Counted from the stretch's first letter, positions 16,714 through 25,957 are shown. The stretch is DNA of 50,688 bases from a virus (IMGVR_UViG_3300044732_000890:1-50688); one strand, 5' to 3'. Notes: generated from the letters alone by a model not told the origin. Numbers and translations are program-made.

Positions 16714-17457
16714 ATGACCACTCACTGGAAAATCCTAAACAAATATCCGTTCGAGCTGATTCCCGGCGAGGCTAAAGAGATGCCCGATGGAGATCTCTCA
16801 TACTATGAGTATCTGAACGGTCGCTGGAAGGAGACTGGCAAGAACGTGATGGCTATCGCGTGGCTGCTGCGCAACTTCCCGCAGGGTCTAAAGATTATCG
16901 AGCCGTTCGGCGGCTGTGGCGTGTTCTCGGTGGCTATTCAAGAGATAATGAAGCCAAGCTATCATCGCATCGGCGAGCTGGATGGCGACTGCTACAAACA
17001 GCTTACGCACGTTATGTCTCGCTATCCCAGCGCCGCTGTCTTCAACGATGATGCCCATCAGACCCTCGGCACCATCGCCGGGGACATCTACGTCTGCGAC
17101 TTCCCGTTCTTCACCCTGATCAAACACGAGACCGGGTATTGGGTTGAGGAGATGAAGCGTATAGTCGCCCAGCGTCCACGTGCTATCCTCATCACGGATG
17201 GAGCAAGCTGCCGTTACCACTTCACGGCTAAGGCTCTTTCCAACAGAGGCTACCCGGTCACCCCGGACCGTGAGAGCTACGCTTATTGCTTTGACCAGAT
17301 GATGTCCCGCACATACGACTATCACGTGACCGGGATGGTCTATCACGGCACATGTTTCTACATCCGAGTTGAGCCCGAGCCTCGTGAGATTGAGTTCCTG
17401 AAGCTGGAGGCTGGCTCGGGCGTCAACGGTCTGCGTCCCGACCCGAAAGGTATTTGA
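16714..17457 (+). CDS. SAM-dependent methyltransferase (amino-MTase-like) within hypermodification cluster
   Basis: IIEPFGGCGVFS (FxGxG motif I), acidic GELD (motif II), DDA, YVCDFPFF (DPPY-like motif IV); start ATG 16714 behind TAACGGAGA. Confidence 0.75.
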   Translation: MTTHWKILNKYPFELIPGEAKEMPDGDLSYYEYLNGRWKETGKNVMAIAWLLRNFPQGLKIIEPFGGCGVFSVAIQEIMKPSYHRIGELDGDCYKQLTHVMSRYPSAAVFNDDAHQTLGTIAGDIYVCDFPFFTLIKHETGYWVEEMKRIVAQRPRAILITDGASCRYHFTAKALSNRGYPVTPDRESYAYCFDQMMSRTYDYHVTGMVYHGTCFYIRVEPEPREIEFLKLEAGSGVNGLRPDPKGI

Positions 17458-17458
17458 C

Positions 17459-18460
17459 ATGACCATAGATTATCGCCCGCACCCAACCCGCGTCATGTAC
17501 TGCGAGGATCTCTACCGGGTCAACCTCGAGCATGGGATCATGCCGGGTCTCGTCTACCTCTACATGCCCGCTCTCAAACAGACCCTCAACTGGTCTGAGG
17601 AGCGTGCGCTGTGGTTCGCCTTCATCAACGGTATGACCCAGAACCCGCTCACCTCTCTGCTGATCCTTGAGCAGCTGCCGGATGTACCCGACCCCGGCGA
17701 CCCCATCACCACGTTTGACGAGTGGTTCAACCGTGAGTGGCCGCGCCTCTTCTTCGACACCGACCGGCTGAAGAACAAGCGCAACACGATATCTGCGATC
17801 AAGTCCTACGCCAAGCTCGTCGGCGAGTATGGCTCGCAGCAGCTTATGCTAGACAACCGTACCTATCCCGAGCTCTGGAACATCGTGTCCAACGGCTACT
17901 ACAGCTTCGGTCGCCTGTCCACGTTCTCGTATCTTGAGTACGTGCGGATCATGGGTCACGGATCCATTTGCGCCGACCTTATGGTCTCGGACAAAGGTGG
18001 CTCTAAATCCCACCGCAACGGTTTGCTGTTCCTGACTGGTCTTGACCATATGGTTAATGATCCCCGCGCTAAGAACGGGTTTGATGGCAACTATCAGGAC
18101 TACGACAAGATGTGCGGCTGGCTGACCGAACAGGCTAACGAGTTCCTGCGCCGGTTCACCGCTAAGCACACGTACCAGCATACCGGCTACTTTACATTTG
18201 AGTCGCAGCTATGTCAATTTAAAAATAATTTCTTTGGTCGACGTTATCCAGGATGCTACGCCGACATGGCGTTTGACCGGCTATTGAAACATGAAGACGC
18301 GTGGGGAAAGGACCGAGCGACGAAATTGATTTGGGATATCCGCACATCTCTTCCAGACTGGCTGCGTAACGAGGCTAAGAACGACAAACTGTCTATACCG
18401 GACCGGGCCAAGATCTTCCCGCGCACCGGCTTCCCGTACAGAGGAGAACATTTCCTGTGA
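17459..18460 (+). CDS. Amino-acid:DNA transferase (aGPT-Pplase2/AADT, HhH-glycosylase-like)
   Basis: ERALWFAFING, FDTDR, YYSFGRLSTFSYLEY, SHRNGL, FESQLCQFK, RRYPGCY. Confidence 0.85.
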   Translation: MTIDYRPHPTRVMYCEDLYRVNLEHGIMPGLVYLYMPALKQTLNWSEERALWFAFINGMTQNPLTSLLILEQLPDVPDPGDPITTFDEWFNREWPRLFFDTDRLKNKRNTISAIKSYAKLVGEYGSQQLMLDNRTYPELWNIVSNGYYSFGRLSTFSYLEYVRIMGHGSICADLMVSDKGGSKSHRNGLLFLTGLDHMVNDPRAKNGFDGNYQDYDKMCGWLTEQANEFLRRFTAKHTYQHTGYFTFESQLCQFKNNFFGRRYPGCYADMAFDRLLKHEDAWGKDRATKLIWDIRTSLPDWLRNEAKNDKLSIPDRAKIFPRTGFPYRGEHFL

Positions 18461-19332
18461 ACTCAACCCTCAAGCACTTCATAACCGAGCGCGAGGCCAT
18501 TCGTGTGCGCAAGGCCTCGGGTCAGCCCGCACCGTGGACAACCGACCCCATTTTACAGCAATATCGTTTCTGTAACGTCCACCGCCGCGACGACCGCGTG
18601 TCTCAGTGGCTGCTGAAGCACTATTATCCACACACCGCCAAGGGTGTGGACGCTTGGTTTCCGGCTTTGGTTGCCCGGTTCATCAACTGGCCTCCCACCC
18701 TGAAGCTCCTATTGGAGTCCGGCGTGGGGCTGGCAGCCGGGGAGGTGTGGAACCCTCATGCGTTCGAGGCGGTGATCGCTAGGCTCAAGTCTGCCGGCGA
18801 GAAGGTTTACACCGGAGCGTACATGATCTATCCGGGTAGTAGGGATGGCGACACCGCCGTGGCAAACAAGGAGCAGTTCCTCGCGCGGCAGGTCTTCGCC
18901 GGTGCGCGGGCTAACACCTCCAAGATTCGTCATGCCATCTGGCAGCTGAGCATAGAAAAGACGGTACACGAGCTCACCCAGAGCTACGGTATCTCTACTT
19001 TCATGGCAGGGCAGGTCGCCGCCGATTTGACTTACCTATACGATGCGCTGGACCTCGCCTTGGATAAGCGAACCTACGCACCTATGGGACCCGGCTCCAT
19101 CCGGGGTCTGAACCGTATACACGGCTTTAAGCTAACGCATACTTGGCAACCTCACGAATTTGTAGAGGCTTTGATGGATATTCATAGAGATATTGAGCGC
19201 GAGCTGGGAATTATGGACCTCACGCTTCACGATGTGCAAAACATTGCAGCTTGTGAATATGACAAATACCTGCGTGTGCTCAATGGTGAGGGTAAACCTC
19301 GCGCAAATTACCGACCAGAAACCGCTTTTTGA
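18457..19332 (+). CDS. 5-hydroxymethyluracil DNA kinase (aGPT-Pplase1/5HMUDK)
   Basis: FITEREAIR...PWTTDPILQQYRFCNVHRRDDRVS, FMAGQVAADL, GPGSIRGL, CEYDKYLR. Confidence 0.9.
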   Translation: MNSTLKHFITEREAIRVRKASGQPAPWTTDPILQQYRFCNVHRRDDRVSQWLLKHYYPHTAKGVDAWFPALVARFINWPPTLKLLLESGVGLAAGEVWNPHAFEAVIARLKSAGEKVYTGAYMIYPGSRDGDTAVANKEQFLARQVFAGARANTSKIRHAIWQLSIEKTVHELTQSYGISTFMAGQVAADLTYLYDALDLALDKRTYAPMGPGSIRGLNRIHGFKLTHTWQPHEFVEALMDIHRDIERELGIMDLTLHDVQNIAACEYDKYLRVLNGEGKPRANYRPETAF

Positions 19333-19333
19333 A

Positions 19334-19363
19334 CTTGACTTAACCCGTAAACCCGGCTAATCT
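19334..19363 (+). promoter_or_regulatory. Promoter P6
   Basis: CTTGACT (-35 19335-19340)-N17-TAATCT, then GATAACGGAGAA SD. Confidence 0.65.
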
Positions 19364-19389
19364 ATCGCAACAAGATAACGGAGAACTAG

Positions 19390-19989
19390 ATGCCAATCAT
19401 CATCAACCTGCGTGGAACGTCCGGCTCCGGCAAGACTACGGCCGCCCGGTTTTTCCTCAACAACTACACCAATATCGAAATGCGGCGCAGCGTGACCTCG
19501 CCCAAGGGCCGCACTTCATCTAAGATTATGGGTTATGCCATAGACGTTCCCACCTTGCAGCAGTCGCTGTATCTTGTCGGGGCGTACGGTGCCGTGTGCG
19601 GGGGCTTGGATACCATGGGCACTCAGGCCGAGCATGCCGATCTGATCCTCAAGGCCTACTCCGCCGGCAACGTGCTGTGCGAGGGTCTACTGCTGAGCTC
19701 AGTAAGCTCCGGGGCCACAGTCCCGGCGGCCATGATCGGGGCGGCCGGTAAGGAGCGTGTGATCTTTGCTTTTATGGACACTCCGCTAGACGTATGTTTG
19801 GACCGCGTGCGCGGCCGCCGAGCGGCCCGAGGCGATGATAAACCTTTCAACGAGACCAACACTCGTAAGAAGTATGAGGACACACAAGCCGCTCGTCAGC
19901 GACTTATTGACGAGGGCTGCCGTGTCGTAGACATCAGCCACCTCAACCCCGGACCCCAGCTCCTTTCTCTTTATCAGGACAACGAATAA
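19390..19989 (+). CDS. P-loop nucleotide kinase (candidate 5hm-dUMP kinase)
   Basis: IINLRGTSGSGKTT, CGGLDT, VLCEG, DTPLDVCLDRVRGRR lid. Confidence 0.8.
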   Translation: MPIIINLRGTSGSGKTTAARFFLNNYTNIEMRRSVTSPKGRTSSKIMGYAIDVPTLQQSLYLVGAYGAVCGGLDTMGTQAEHADLILKAYSAGNVLCEGLLLSSVSSGATVPAAMIGAAGKERVIFAFMDTPLDVCLDRVRGRRAARGDDKPFNETNTRKKYEDTQAARQRLIDEGCRVVDISHLNPGPQLLSLYQDNE

Positions 19990-19990
19990 C

Positions 19991-20947
19991 ATGCACTTCA
20001 TCTTCGAAAACTGCAACGACGCATGGCCGACGACGGTTCAGATGATACAAACATCTGGAGTTATCCGTAACAGTCGCAACGGTCGCGTTTCTGAATATCC
20101 GGATCCGGTTACGATAACATACGAGCGTCCGTATGAGCGGGTCTTGTTCTGCCCCTTGCGCAACATCAACCCCTTTTTGCACTTCTTTGAGCCACTTTGG
20201 ATTCTTGCCGGACGCCGGGATGTTGAGTTCCTTTCTAACATTGTTGGTCGTTTCCGCGACTATTCAGATGACGGTAAGGTATTCAACGCTGCCTATGGTC
20301 ACCGGCTTCGTTACCCTAACGATCAGATCGCCGAAGCTATTAAGCGTCTAAAGCGTAATCCGGACGATAGACAAGTCGTTCTTCAGATACGCAAGCCAGA
20401 CGACATTTACTACACGGGAAAGGACACCGCATGCAATTTGTCAATTGCGCTTAAGGTGCGTAATCGCTATTTGGACATTCACGTATTTAATCGCTCTAAC
20501 GACGTTGTTTGGGGCGGCCCTGCGGGAGGTGCAAATTACCCTCAGTTTACAACCATCCAGGAATATATTGCCGGTCACGTGGGTTGCGGTATTGGCCGGT
20601 ATCACCACACAACAGATAGTATGCACGCTTACATCGACAGCCCAGACTGGGACCGGGTAAAAGACGTTCAGGGTTATCACGACTTATACCTTTGGGACAA
20701 TGTTCCGCCATATCGTCTTTTTGATGGTTTGTTGTTCCCTGAACTGTTTGATCAAGATCTGCAGTTCTTCTTTAGCGAGCGGGCTACAACCGGATACGCC
20801 ACCTCTTACTTTAAGGATGTCGTTGGGCCGATGTGGGCCGCGTTTCAGGCGTATAAGCGTAGGGAGCAGGTAGATTTTTCCGCTATACGAGCCAGGGATT
20901 GGGCTTTTGCGGTTGAATCTTGGCTCGCGCGCAAAAATAAAGCTTGA
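19991..20947 (+). CDS. Thymidylate-synthase-family dUMP hydroxymethylase
   Basis: SRNG, NPFLHFFEPLWILAGR, YSDDG, AYGHR, DTACN (catalytic Cys), RSND, GANY (Asn = dUMP specificity), SMHAY; adjacent to 5hmU kinase. Confidence 0.88.
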   Translation: MHFIFENCNDAWPTTVQMIQTSGVIRNSRNGRVSEYPDPVTITYERPYERVLFCPLRNINPFLHFFEPLWILAGRRDVEFLSNIVGRFRDYSDDGKVFNAAYGHRLRYPNDQIAEAIKRLKRNPDDRQVVLQIRKPDDIYYTGKDTACNLSIALKVRNRYLDIHVFNRSNDVVWGGPAGGANYPQFTTIQEYIAGHVGCGIGRYHHTTDSMHAYIDSPDWDRVKDVQGYHDLYLWDNVPPYRLFDGLLFPELFDQDLQFFFSERATTGYATSYFKDVVGPMWAAFQAYKRREQVDFSAIRARDWAFAVESWLARKNKA

Positions 20948-20972
20948 CTTTCTTTTCTGGGCCGCCTATATT
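20933..20972 (+). promoter_or_regulatory. Promoter P7 overlapping the hydroxymethylase stop codon
   Basis: AAAAATAAAGCTTGACT (TGA within -35 is the stop), TATATT 20967-20972. Confidence 0.85.
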
Positions 20973-21018
20973 GGGGTTACTGAGCCGCTGATGGCTCGGC
21001 TGATAACGGAGAATTAAC

Positions 21019-21252
21019 ATGAAGACCGCCCTTCTTTCCCTCATCCTCTCGGCCCTCGCAGTTTGCGCGGCTGTTCCCCTGTTCCTGTTCAGCGCTGGTC
21101 TTGAGATGAACTCACCCGGTTCTGGCGTCGCCTTCGTTCAGGTTGCCACATGGGTTACCGTCGTACTCATCGCCCAGCCGGTTCTCGTCGTACCCTTTGT
21201 GACGATCCGTGCGCTCGTTGGTGCCGGTGCTCGCCTGATCAAGTCCAACTAA
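21019..21252 (+). CDS. Small membrane protein (2 TM)
   Basis: Two long hydrophobic stretches; TAACGGAGA SD. Confidence 0.75.
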   Translation: MKTALLSLILSALAVCAAVPLFLFSAGLEMNSPGSGVAFVQVATWVTVVLIAQPVLVVPFVTIRALVGAGARLIKSN

Positions 21253-21276
21253 CAACTCAGATAACGGAGAACTACC

Positions 21277-21672
21277 ATGAAGAAACTCACCCTCGCCGCC
21301 CTCGCCCTGCTCACCACCGTTGGCGGGGCTCACGCCGACGACTGCAACAGCCTCACGTGGCAAATCGAGTCAAACGTAGGCTCAATTCAGCGTGAAACGC
21401 GGAACATGGACTCTAACACGGAGATGATGAACGCCAGCATGTCCGCCGGTGATGTAAACTCTGCAAAGCTCTATGCGTCGATGAACAAGAACACCTCGAT
21501 CCGCTTGATCGGTCTCGTTACCGAAGGTCGCGCTCTTCTGAAGGCTGTCGACGCCATGCCCGGAAACTGCGGTGTGCCGGACGCCGTGATTACGGAAGGC
21601 GTCAAGGGTAGCTATAAGGCCGAGAAGTCTCTGAAAACTGCGATCAACGCCTACAAGAACACCTTCAACTAA
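21277..21672 (+). CDS. Putative secreted/periplasmic helical protein
   Basis: Sec signal MKKLTLAALALLTTVGGAHA|DD; two Cys. Confidence 0.75.
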   Translation: MKKLTLAALALLTTVGGAHADDCNSLTWQIESNVGSIQRETRNMDSNTEMMNASMSAGDVNSAKLYASMNKNTSIRLIGLVTEGRALLKAVDAMPGNCGVPDAVITEGVKGSYKAEKSLKTAINAYKNTFN

Positions 21673-21681
21673 AGGATAACT

Positions 21682-22188
21682 ATGCAAAACCTCCTGAACA
21701 TCTACCGCGCCGGGTCGGTGCGCCGTTATCATACGGCGCTCCACCTTCATCCTCAAGACGTAGCCTCCCACTCTTGGGGTGTGCTAGCTATCCTTATGCA
21801 TATTGAGTCGCAGCCCTCTGCGAACCTTATGCGTGCCGCCGTGTATCACGACGTCGGTGAGGTGATCACAGGCGATATCCCGGCTCCGTTTAAGTGGGAC
21901 AACCCGAAGCTTGCCAAAGCTCTGGCGGAAGCGGAAGCCAAAGCCGAAGAGAAGCTTGGTGTGTCCTACACGCTTACTGAAAAAGAGCGTGTAATTTTAA
22001 AGATTGCAGATCTTGCAGAGCTTGTTCTGCGAAATGTTCAGGAGTTTATGCTTGGCAATCGTTATGCCGCTAAGATCATTCAACGTGGCCTCGGTGCTCT
22101 TGACGAGTGCTATGGTCGGGCCGGGGAACGTGCGGATGAGTTCATCCGCGAGCTTGAAAAGTACACCCACGAGATGGAGGACAACTGA
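21682..22188 (+). CDS. HD-domain phosphohydrolase (YfbR-like 5'-deoxynucleotidase)
   Basis: VRRYH, VASHSW, YHDVGEVITGDIPAPFK, KIADLAE. Confidence 0.88.
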   Translation: MQNLLNIYRAGSVRRYHTALHLHPQDVASHSWGVLAILMHIESQPSANLMRAAVYHDVGEVITGDIPAPFKWDNPKLAKALAEAEAKAEEKLGVSYTLTEKERVILKIADLAELVLRNVQEFMLGNRYAAKIIQRGLGALDECYGRAGERADEFIRELEKYTHEMEDN

Positions 22189-22487
22189 TGTCTGAAGCCG
22201 ATAAAGTACAAGTTGGCGGCACGCACTATAAAAACGACGCGATCCCGGACCACTGGACAATCGTTTACGCTCTCGGATGGGACTATTTTGTGGCTACGAG
22301 CACCAAATATTTGTGGAGACTTGGCAAAAAGCATCCTACACTTGAAGGTCAGTTGCAAGACTTAGACAAAGCTATCCATTACTTGACCAAGAAGCGGGAA
22401 TTACTTGCTGCGGAAATCGAGGCCGAGCGTCAGTATGAAATGAGCCTCGGTGGCCCAACATCTGGCTACGTTAATCAGGACCGTTGA
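22188..22487 (+). CDS. DUF3310-family protein
   Basis: QVGGTHY, KYLWRLGKK, DLDKAIHYL. Confidence 0.85.
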   Translation: MSEADKVQVGGTHYKNDAIPDHWTIVYALGWDYFVATSTKYLWRLGKKHPTLEGQLQDLDKAIHYLTKKRELLAAEIEAERQYEMSLGGPTSGYVNQDR

Positions 22488-24325
22488 TGGCCCGCTCAAC
22501 GCTCATCGTTGATACAGAGACCTTCTCCAACGTCTTTTTGCTTGCCGGCAAGAACGTGGAGAATGGTCGACGGTTCCATTTTTGGCTACACGAAGTCGGG
22601 CCAGACCCGATCCGTGCGCTGATAAGGAACCCCGATGTGACGTTGGTGACGTTCAACGGTCGCTATTTTGATATCCCAGTGCTCGCCGCTGCAGCCAAGG
22701 GGATGACCGAGAGGGAGATCAAGGACCTCGCCAACGCCCTAATCGACGACCGCATGCCGCCATGGACCGCCGAACGCAAGTACGATCTACCCCGCGTAAC
22801 GGTTGATCACGTGGACCTTATGCAGGTTGCGCCCAGTTTTGTGGGTCTCAAAGCCTATGGTGCTCGGATGGGGATGCCGTGGCTCAAGGAGCTACCTTTC
22901 CCGCACGACGCCCAAATCCACCCGGAGCAGCTTGATGACGTTCTACACTATTGCTACAACGATCTCGACACTACTCACGAACTATTCAACCGGCTGCGCG
23001 AGCCGCTTGAGCTTCGCATCCAGATGAGCAAGGAGTATGGGGTGGACATGCGCTCCAAATCTGATACGCAGATGGCTGAGGCCGCCTTTATTAAGCGGCT
23101 GAACTTGAAGCGTGGGGAGCCCAATATCCCACCGTATGTTACGTACACCGCGCCCGATTACATTCAGTATCGTGATCCGGTTTTAACTCAGATCAAGGAG
23201 CAGATCGAAGCTCATCGCTTCCGGGTTAACCAGACTACCGGGCACGTGATCATGCCGGACTTTCTCAGTCAGCCAATCACTATCGGGCCGGGGACGTATC
23301 AAATGGGTGTGGGTGGTCTACATAGCACGCACGATAAAAGCGTATGCTATACCGCTGACGCTGAGTGGGGTCTGACTGACATTGATGCTGCGTCCTTTTA
23401 TCCCAGCATCATGGTGCATGCTAACATGATCCCGAAGAACACGGGTAAGGCTTTTCTTGACGAGTACCGGAGGATTTACGAGCGCCGCCTGACCGCTAAA
23501 CGCGTCGGGGATAAAACGACCGCTAACACACTCAAGATCTCTCTCAACGGCACCTTCGGCAAGACGGCAGACCGCTTTTCCCCACTATATAGCCCGGACC
23601 TGATGATCGCTATCACGCTCACGGGGCAGCTTGTGTTGATGTGTCTGATCGAGAGGTTCCACAACGCGGGGTTCTACGTAGCCTCCGCCAACACGGACGG
23701 TATCGCGGTCTGCTATCCCAACGCGGACCGAGGTGTATTGGAGCAGATCGTCAATGAGTTCTCAGCGGTTTCCAAGTTTGAATTTGAGTATACACCTTAC
23801 CGCGTACTGGCACTCAAAGATGTTAATAACTATATAGCTGTGACGCCGGAGCGCAAGATCAAAGCTAAGGGTTTGTACGCACCACCTGACCTGCGTAAGA
23901 ATCCATCGGCTTCGATCGTCGCCAAAGCCGTTGGTGAGTGGTTGAGCCGGGGAACCGCGTTCGAGGATACTATCCGCTCGGGCACCTTGACGGAGTTTTT
24001 GTCGGCTCGAAACGTAACCGGAGGAGCCGTTCAGGGTGAAACCTACCTTGGGAAGGTGGTTCGTTGGTATCAAAGCACCGATGCGTCACTTTCTCCCTTG
24101 ACTTATCAGAAGAATGGAAATAAGGTTCCCAAGACCGACGGGGCAAGAGCCCTTATGCTGATAACCCAAAACGAAATACCTGAGGATATAGATATTTCAT
24201 GGTACATCCGGGAGTGTGTTAGGGTAGCCAAGTTGCTAGGCTGTGCTCACTTTCTAACAACGGAACAGTTAGCCTGCGATCCCCCAAAACAAAGGAAGAT
24301 TAGGAGTAAAAAGAATGGAAATTGA
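22487..24325 (+). CDS. DNA polymerase, family B
   Basis: Exo I DTET, Exo II FNGRYFD, Exo III YCYND; polymerase DIDAASFYPSI, KISLNGTFGK, ANTDGI, DVNNY. Confidence 0.93.
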   Translation: MARSTLIVDTETFSNVFLLAGKNVENGRRFHFWLHEVGPDPIRALIRNPDVTLVTFNGRYFDIPVLAAAAKGMTEREIKDLANALIDDRMPPWTAERKYDLPRVTVDHVDLMQVAPSFVGLKAYGARMGMPWLKELPFPHDAQIHPEQLDDVLHYCYNDLDTTHELFNRLREPLELRIQMSKEYGVDMRSKSDTQMAEAAFIKRLNLKRGEPNIPPYVTYTAPDYIQYRDPVLTQIKEQIEAHRFRVNQTTGHVIMPDFLSQPITIGPGTYQMGVGGLHSTHDKSVCYTADAEWGLTDIDAASFYPSIMVHANMIPKNTGKAFLDEYRRIYERRLTAKRVGDKTTANTLKISLNGTFGKTADRFSPLYSPDLMIAITLTGQLVLMCLIERFHNAGFYVASANTDGIAVCYPNADRGVLEQIVNEFSAVSKFEFEYTPYRVLALKDVNNYIAVTPERKIKAKGLYAPPDLRKNPSASIVAKAVGEWLSRGTAFEDTIRSGTLTEFLSARNVTGGAVQGETYLGKVVRWYQSTDASLSPLTYQKNGNKVPKTDGARALMLITQNEIPEDIDISWYIRECVRVAKLLGCAHFLTTEQLACDPPKQRKIRSKKNGN

Positions 24326-24644
24326 TAACGAAATCCCTCACAAGGTTTACGTGGTTATGTACGACGCAGCGAAGGATCTCAGCGACGCTAAACGCTTTGG
24401 CGAGCTGGAAGCAGTTTTTCTTCGACCCATATATGACGACGATAAAATTGATCCCGTTGAACGTGCGCGATCCGCTCTGAAACATTATGAGGATGGTGAT
24501 TATATCCTGATGATTGGCGATCCCATGCTTTGCGGAGTTGTTACGTCTGTTGCGTTGGAGTATTCTAATACGGAGCGTCTTAACGTGCTGCGCTGGGATA
24601 GGCGCAGTATGTCTTACAAACCGATGTCCTTGAATTTCACCTAA
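24315..24644 (+). CDS. Hypothetical protein next to PolB
   Basis: 109 aa alpha/beta pattern, DYILMIGDP and LRWDR motifs; AGGAG SD. Confidence 0.75.
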   Translation: MEIDNEIPHKVYVVMYDAAKDLSDAKRFGELEAVFLRPIYDDDKIDPVERARSALKHYEDGDYILMIGDPMLCGVVTSVALEYSNTERLNVLRWDRRSMSYKPMSLNFT

Positions 24645-24657
24645 GAAAGAGAACGCT

Positions 24658-25410
24658 ATGACCGATAAAGAAACTGACTGGAAGAACGCCCTGATCAAGG
24701 GTCCGCAAGCTCGCCCGCCCCGTATCGTCATCTATGGCGGTCACGGTATTGGCAAGTCTACGCTCGCTTCCAAGTTCCCAAACCCGATATTCATAAGCAC
24801 GGAAGACGGCTTGACGAGCATCGACACCACATCCTTCCCCAAGGCCGACAACCTCTCCGAGGTTGTAGACGCTATCAAGAAGCTGATGAAAGAGCCGCAC
24901 GACTTCAAGACCGTGGTGCTTGACTCGGTTGACTGGCTGGTGGAACCGCTGATCACGGAGCATATCGAGAGCTCGTTTGAGGCCAAGGACCTCGCCTATG
25001 GTAAGGGTAACATGCTCATCGCTGAGGAGTTCCGCAAGATCTTGCAGGGCTTTGATGTGCTGATCAAAAAGCGCAACATGAACGTGGTGCTTATCGCCCA
25101 CGCCGCTGTGGTGCGCTACGAGAACCCGATGACGGAGCCGTACGACCAGTTCCGCCCCAAGCTGCCTAACCGCTGCAACGCTTTGCTGCAGGAGTGGGCT
25201 GACGTTATGGCTTACGCTGCGTTTAAGGTCATCGTCAAGAAGACCGACGCCGGGTTCAACAACACCGTCAACCGTGGGGTGACCACCGGGGACCGTCTGC
25301 TGCACCTGATTGAGGCTCCGGCCTATATCGCCAAGAACCGTTACGGCACGCCGGACACCGTGCCGATGACGTTTGAAGACCTGTCCAAACACATCCCCGT
25401 AATCGTCTAA
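24658..25410 (+). CDS. Sak4-like AAA_24 ATPase (ssDNA annealing protein)
   Basis: IYGGHGIGKST, TEDG, TVVLDSVDW, LIAH, AKNRY. Confidence 0.9.
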   Translation: MTDKETDWKNALIKGPQARPPRIVIYGGHGIGKSTLASKFPNPIFISTEDGLTSIDTTSFPKADNLSEVVDAIKKLMKEPHDFKTVVLDSVDWLVEPLITEHIESSFEAKDLAYGKGNMLIAEEFRKILQGFDVLIKKRNMNVVLIAHAAVVRYENPMTEPYDQFRPKLPNRCNALLQEWADVMAYAAFKVIVKKTDAGFNNTVNRGVTTGDRLLHLIEAPAYIAKNRYGTPDTVPMTFEDLSKHIPVIV

Positions 25411-25422
25411 AGGAGAATCAAC

Positions 25423-25929
25423 ATGGTTACTTTCAATTGGGACAACGACGACTATCAAGACAAGCGTCCTAACTACGATCCAGTACCTCCGGGCATCTAC
25501 CGGCTGAAGGCTCTCGAGGCCGAGGAGAAGACGACCTCCACCGGCGGTGAGATGATCTCCGTGAAGTACCGGATCTGTGAAGGTGAGTACGAGGGCCGCC
25601 TGATCTGGAACAACTTCAACGTGGTCAACAAGTCGGCTCAGGCCGAGCGCATCGGACGCTCACAGGTCGCGGCTTGGGCTCGCGCTTGTGGTAAGCCGAA
25701 TGCCAGTTCCACCGATCAGCTTCTGGACGCTCCGTTCTCGGCCCGCGTCAAGATCGAGGAGCAGGCGGGTTACAAGCCTCGTAACCAGATCAACGGCTTC
25801 TTGGCGGAAGCTCCCCGTCCCGCCGAGTCGGCAAAGCCCGCTGCCGCTCCCAAGGCTGCGACCGCTAAGCCCGCTGCTGCGCCCAAGCCTCCGATGGGTA
25901 ACCAAAAGAACCCATGGGAAAATGACTAA
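25423..25929 (+). CDS. DUF669-type single-stranded DNA-binding protein
   Basis: YDPVPPGIY, GEYEGRLIWNNFN, Pro/Ala-rich linker, C-terminal NPW; follows Sak4. Confidence 0.85.
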   Translation: MVTFNWDNDDYQDKRPNYDPVPPGIYRLKALEAEEKTTSTGGEMISVKYRICEGEYEGRLIWNNFNVVNKSAQAERIGRSQVAAWARACGKPNASSTDQLLDAPFSARVKIEEQAGYKPRNQINGFLAEAPRPAESAKPAAAPKAATAKPAAAPKPPMGNQKNPWEND

Positions 25930-25937
25930 GGGTATCT

Positions 25938-25957
25938 GTGGGGGCTTCGGCCCCCAC
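25938..25957 (+). terminator. Hairpin/terminator after SSB
   Basis: GTGGGGGC-TTCG-GCCCCCAC. Confidence 0.7.

Noticed and set aside
19991-20947. Canonical thymidylate synthase or dCMP hydroxymethylase
   Set aside because: Asn (GANY) after RSND indicates dUMP, and linkage to 5hmU DNA kinase/AADT favours dUMP hydroxymethylase; not fully excluded without phylogeny
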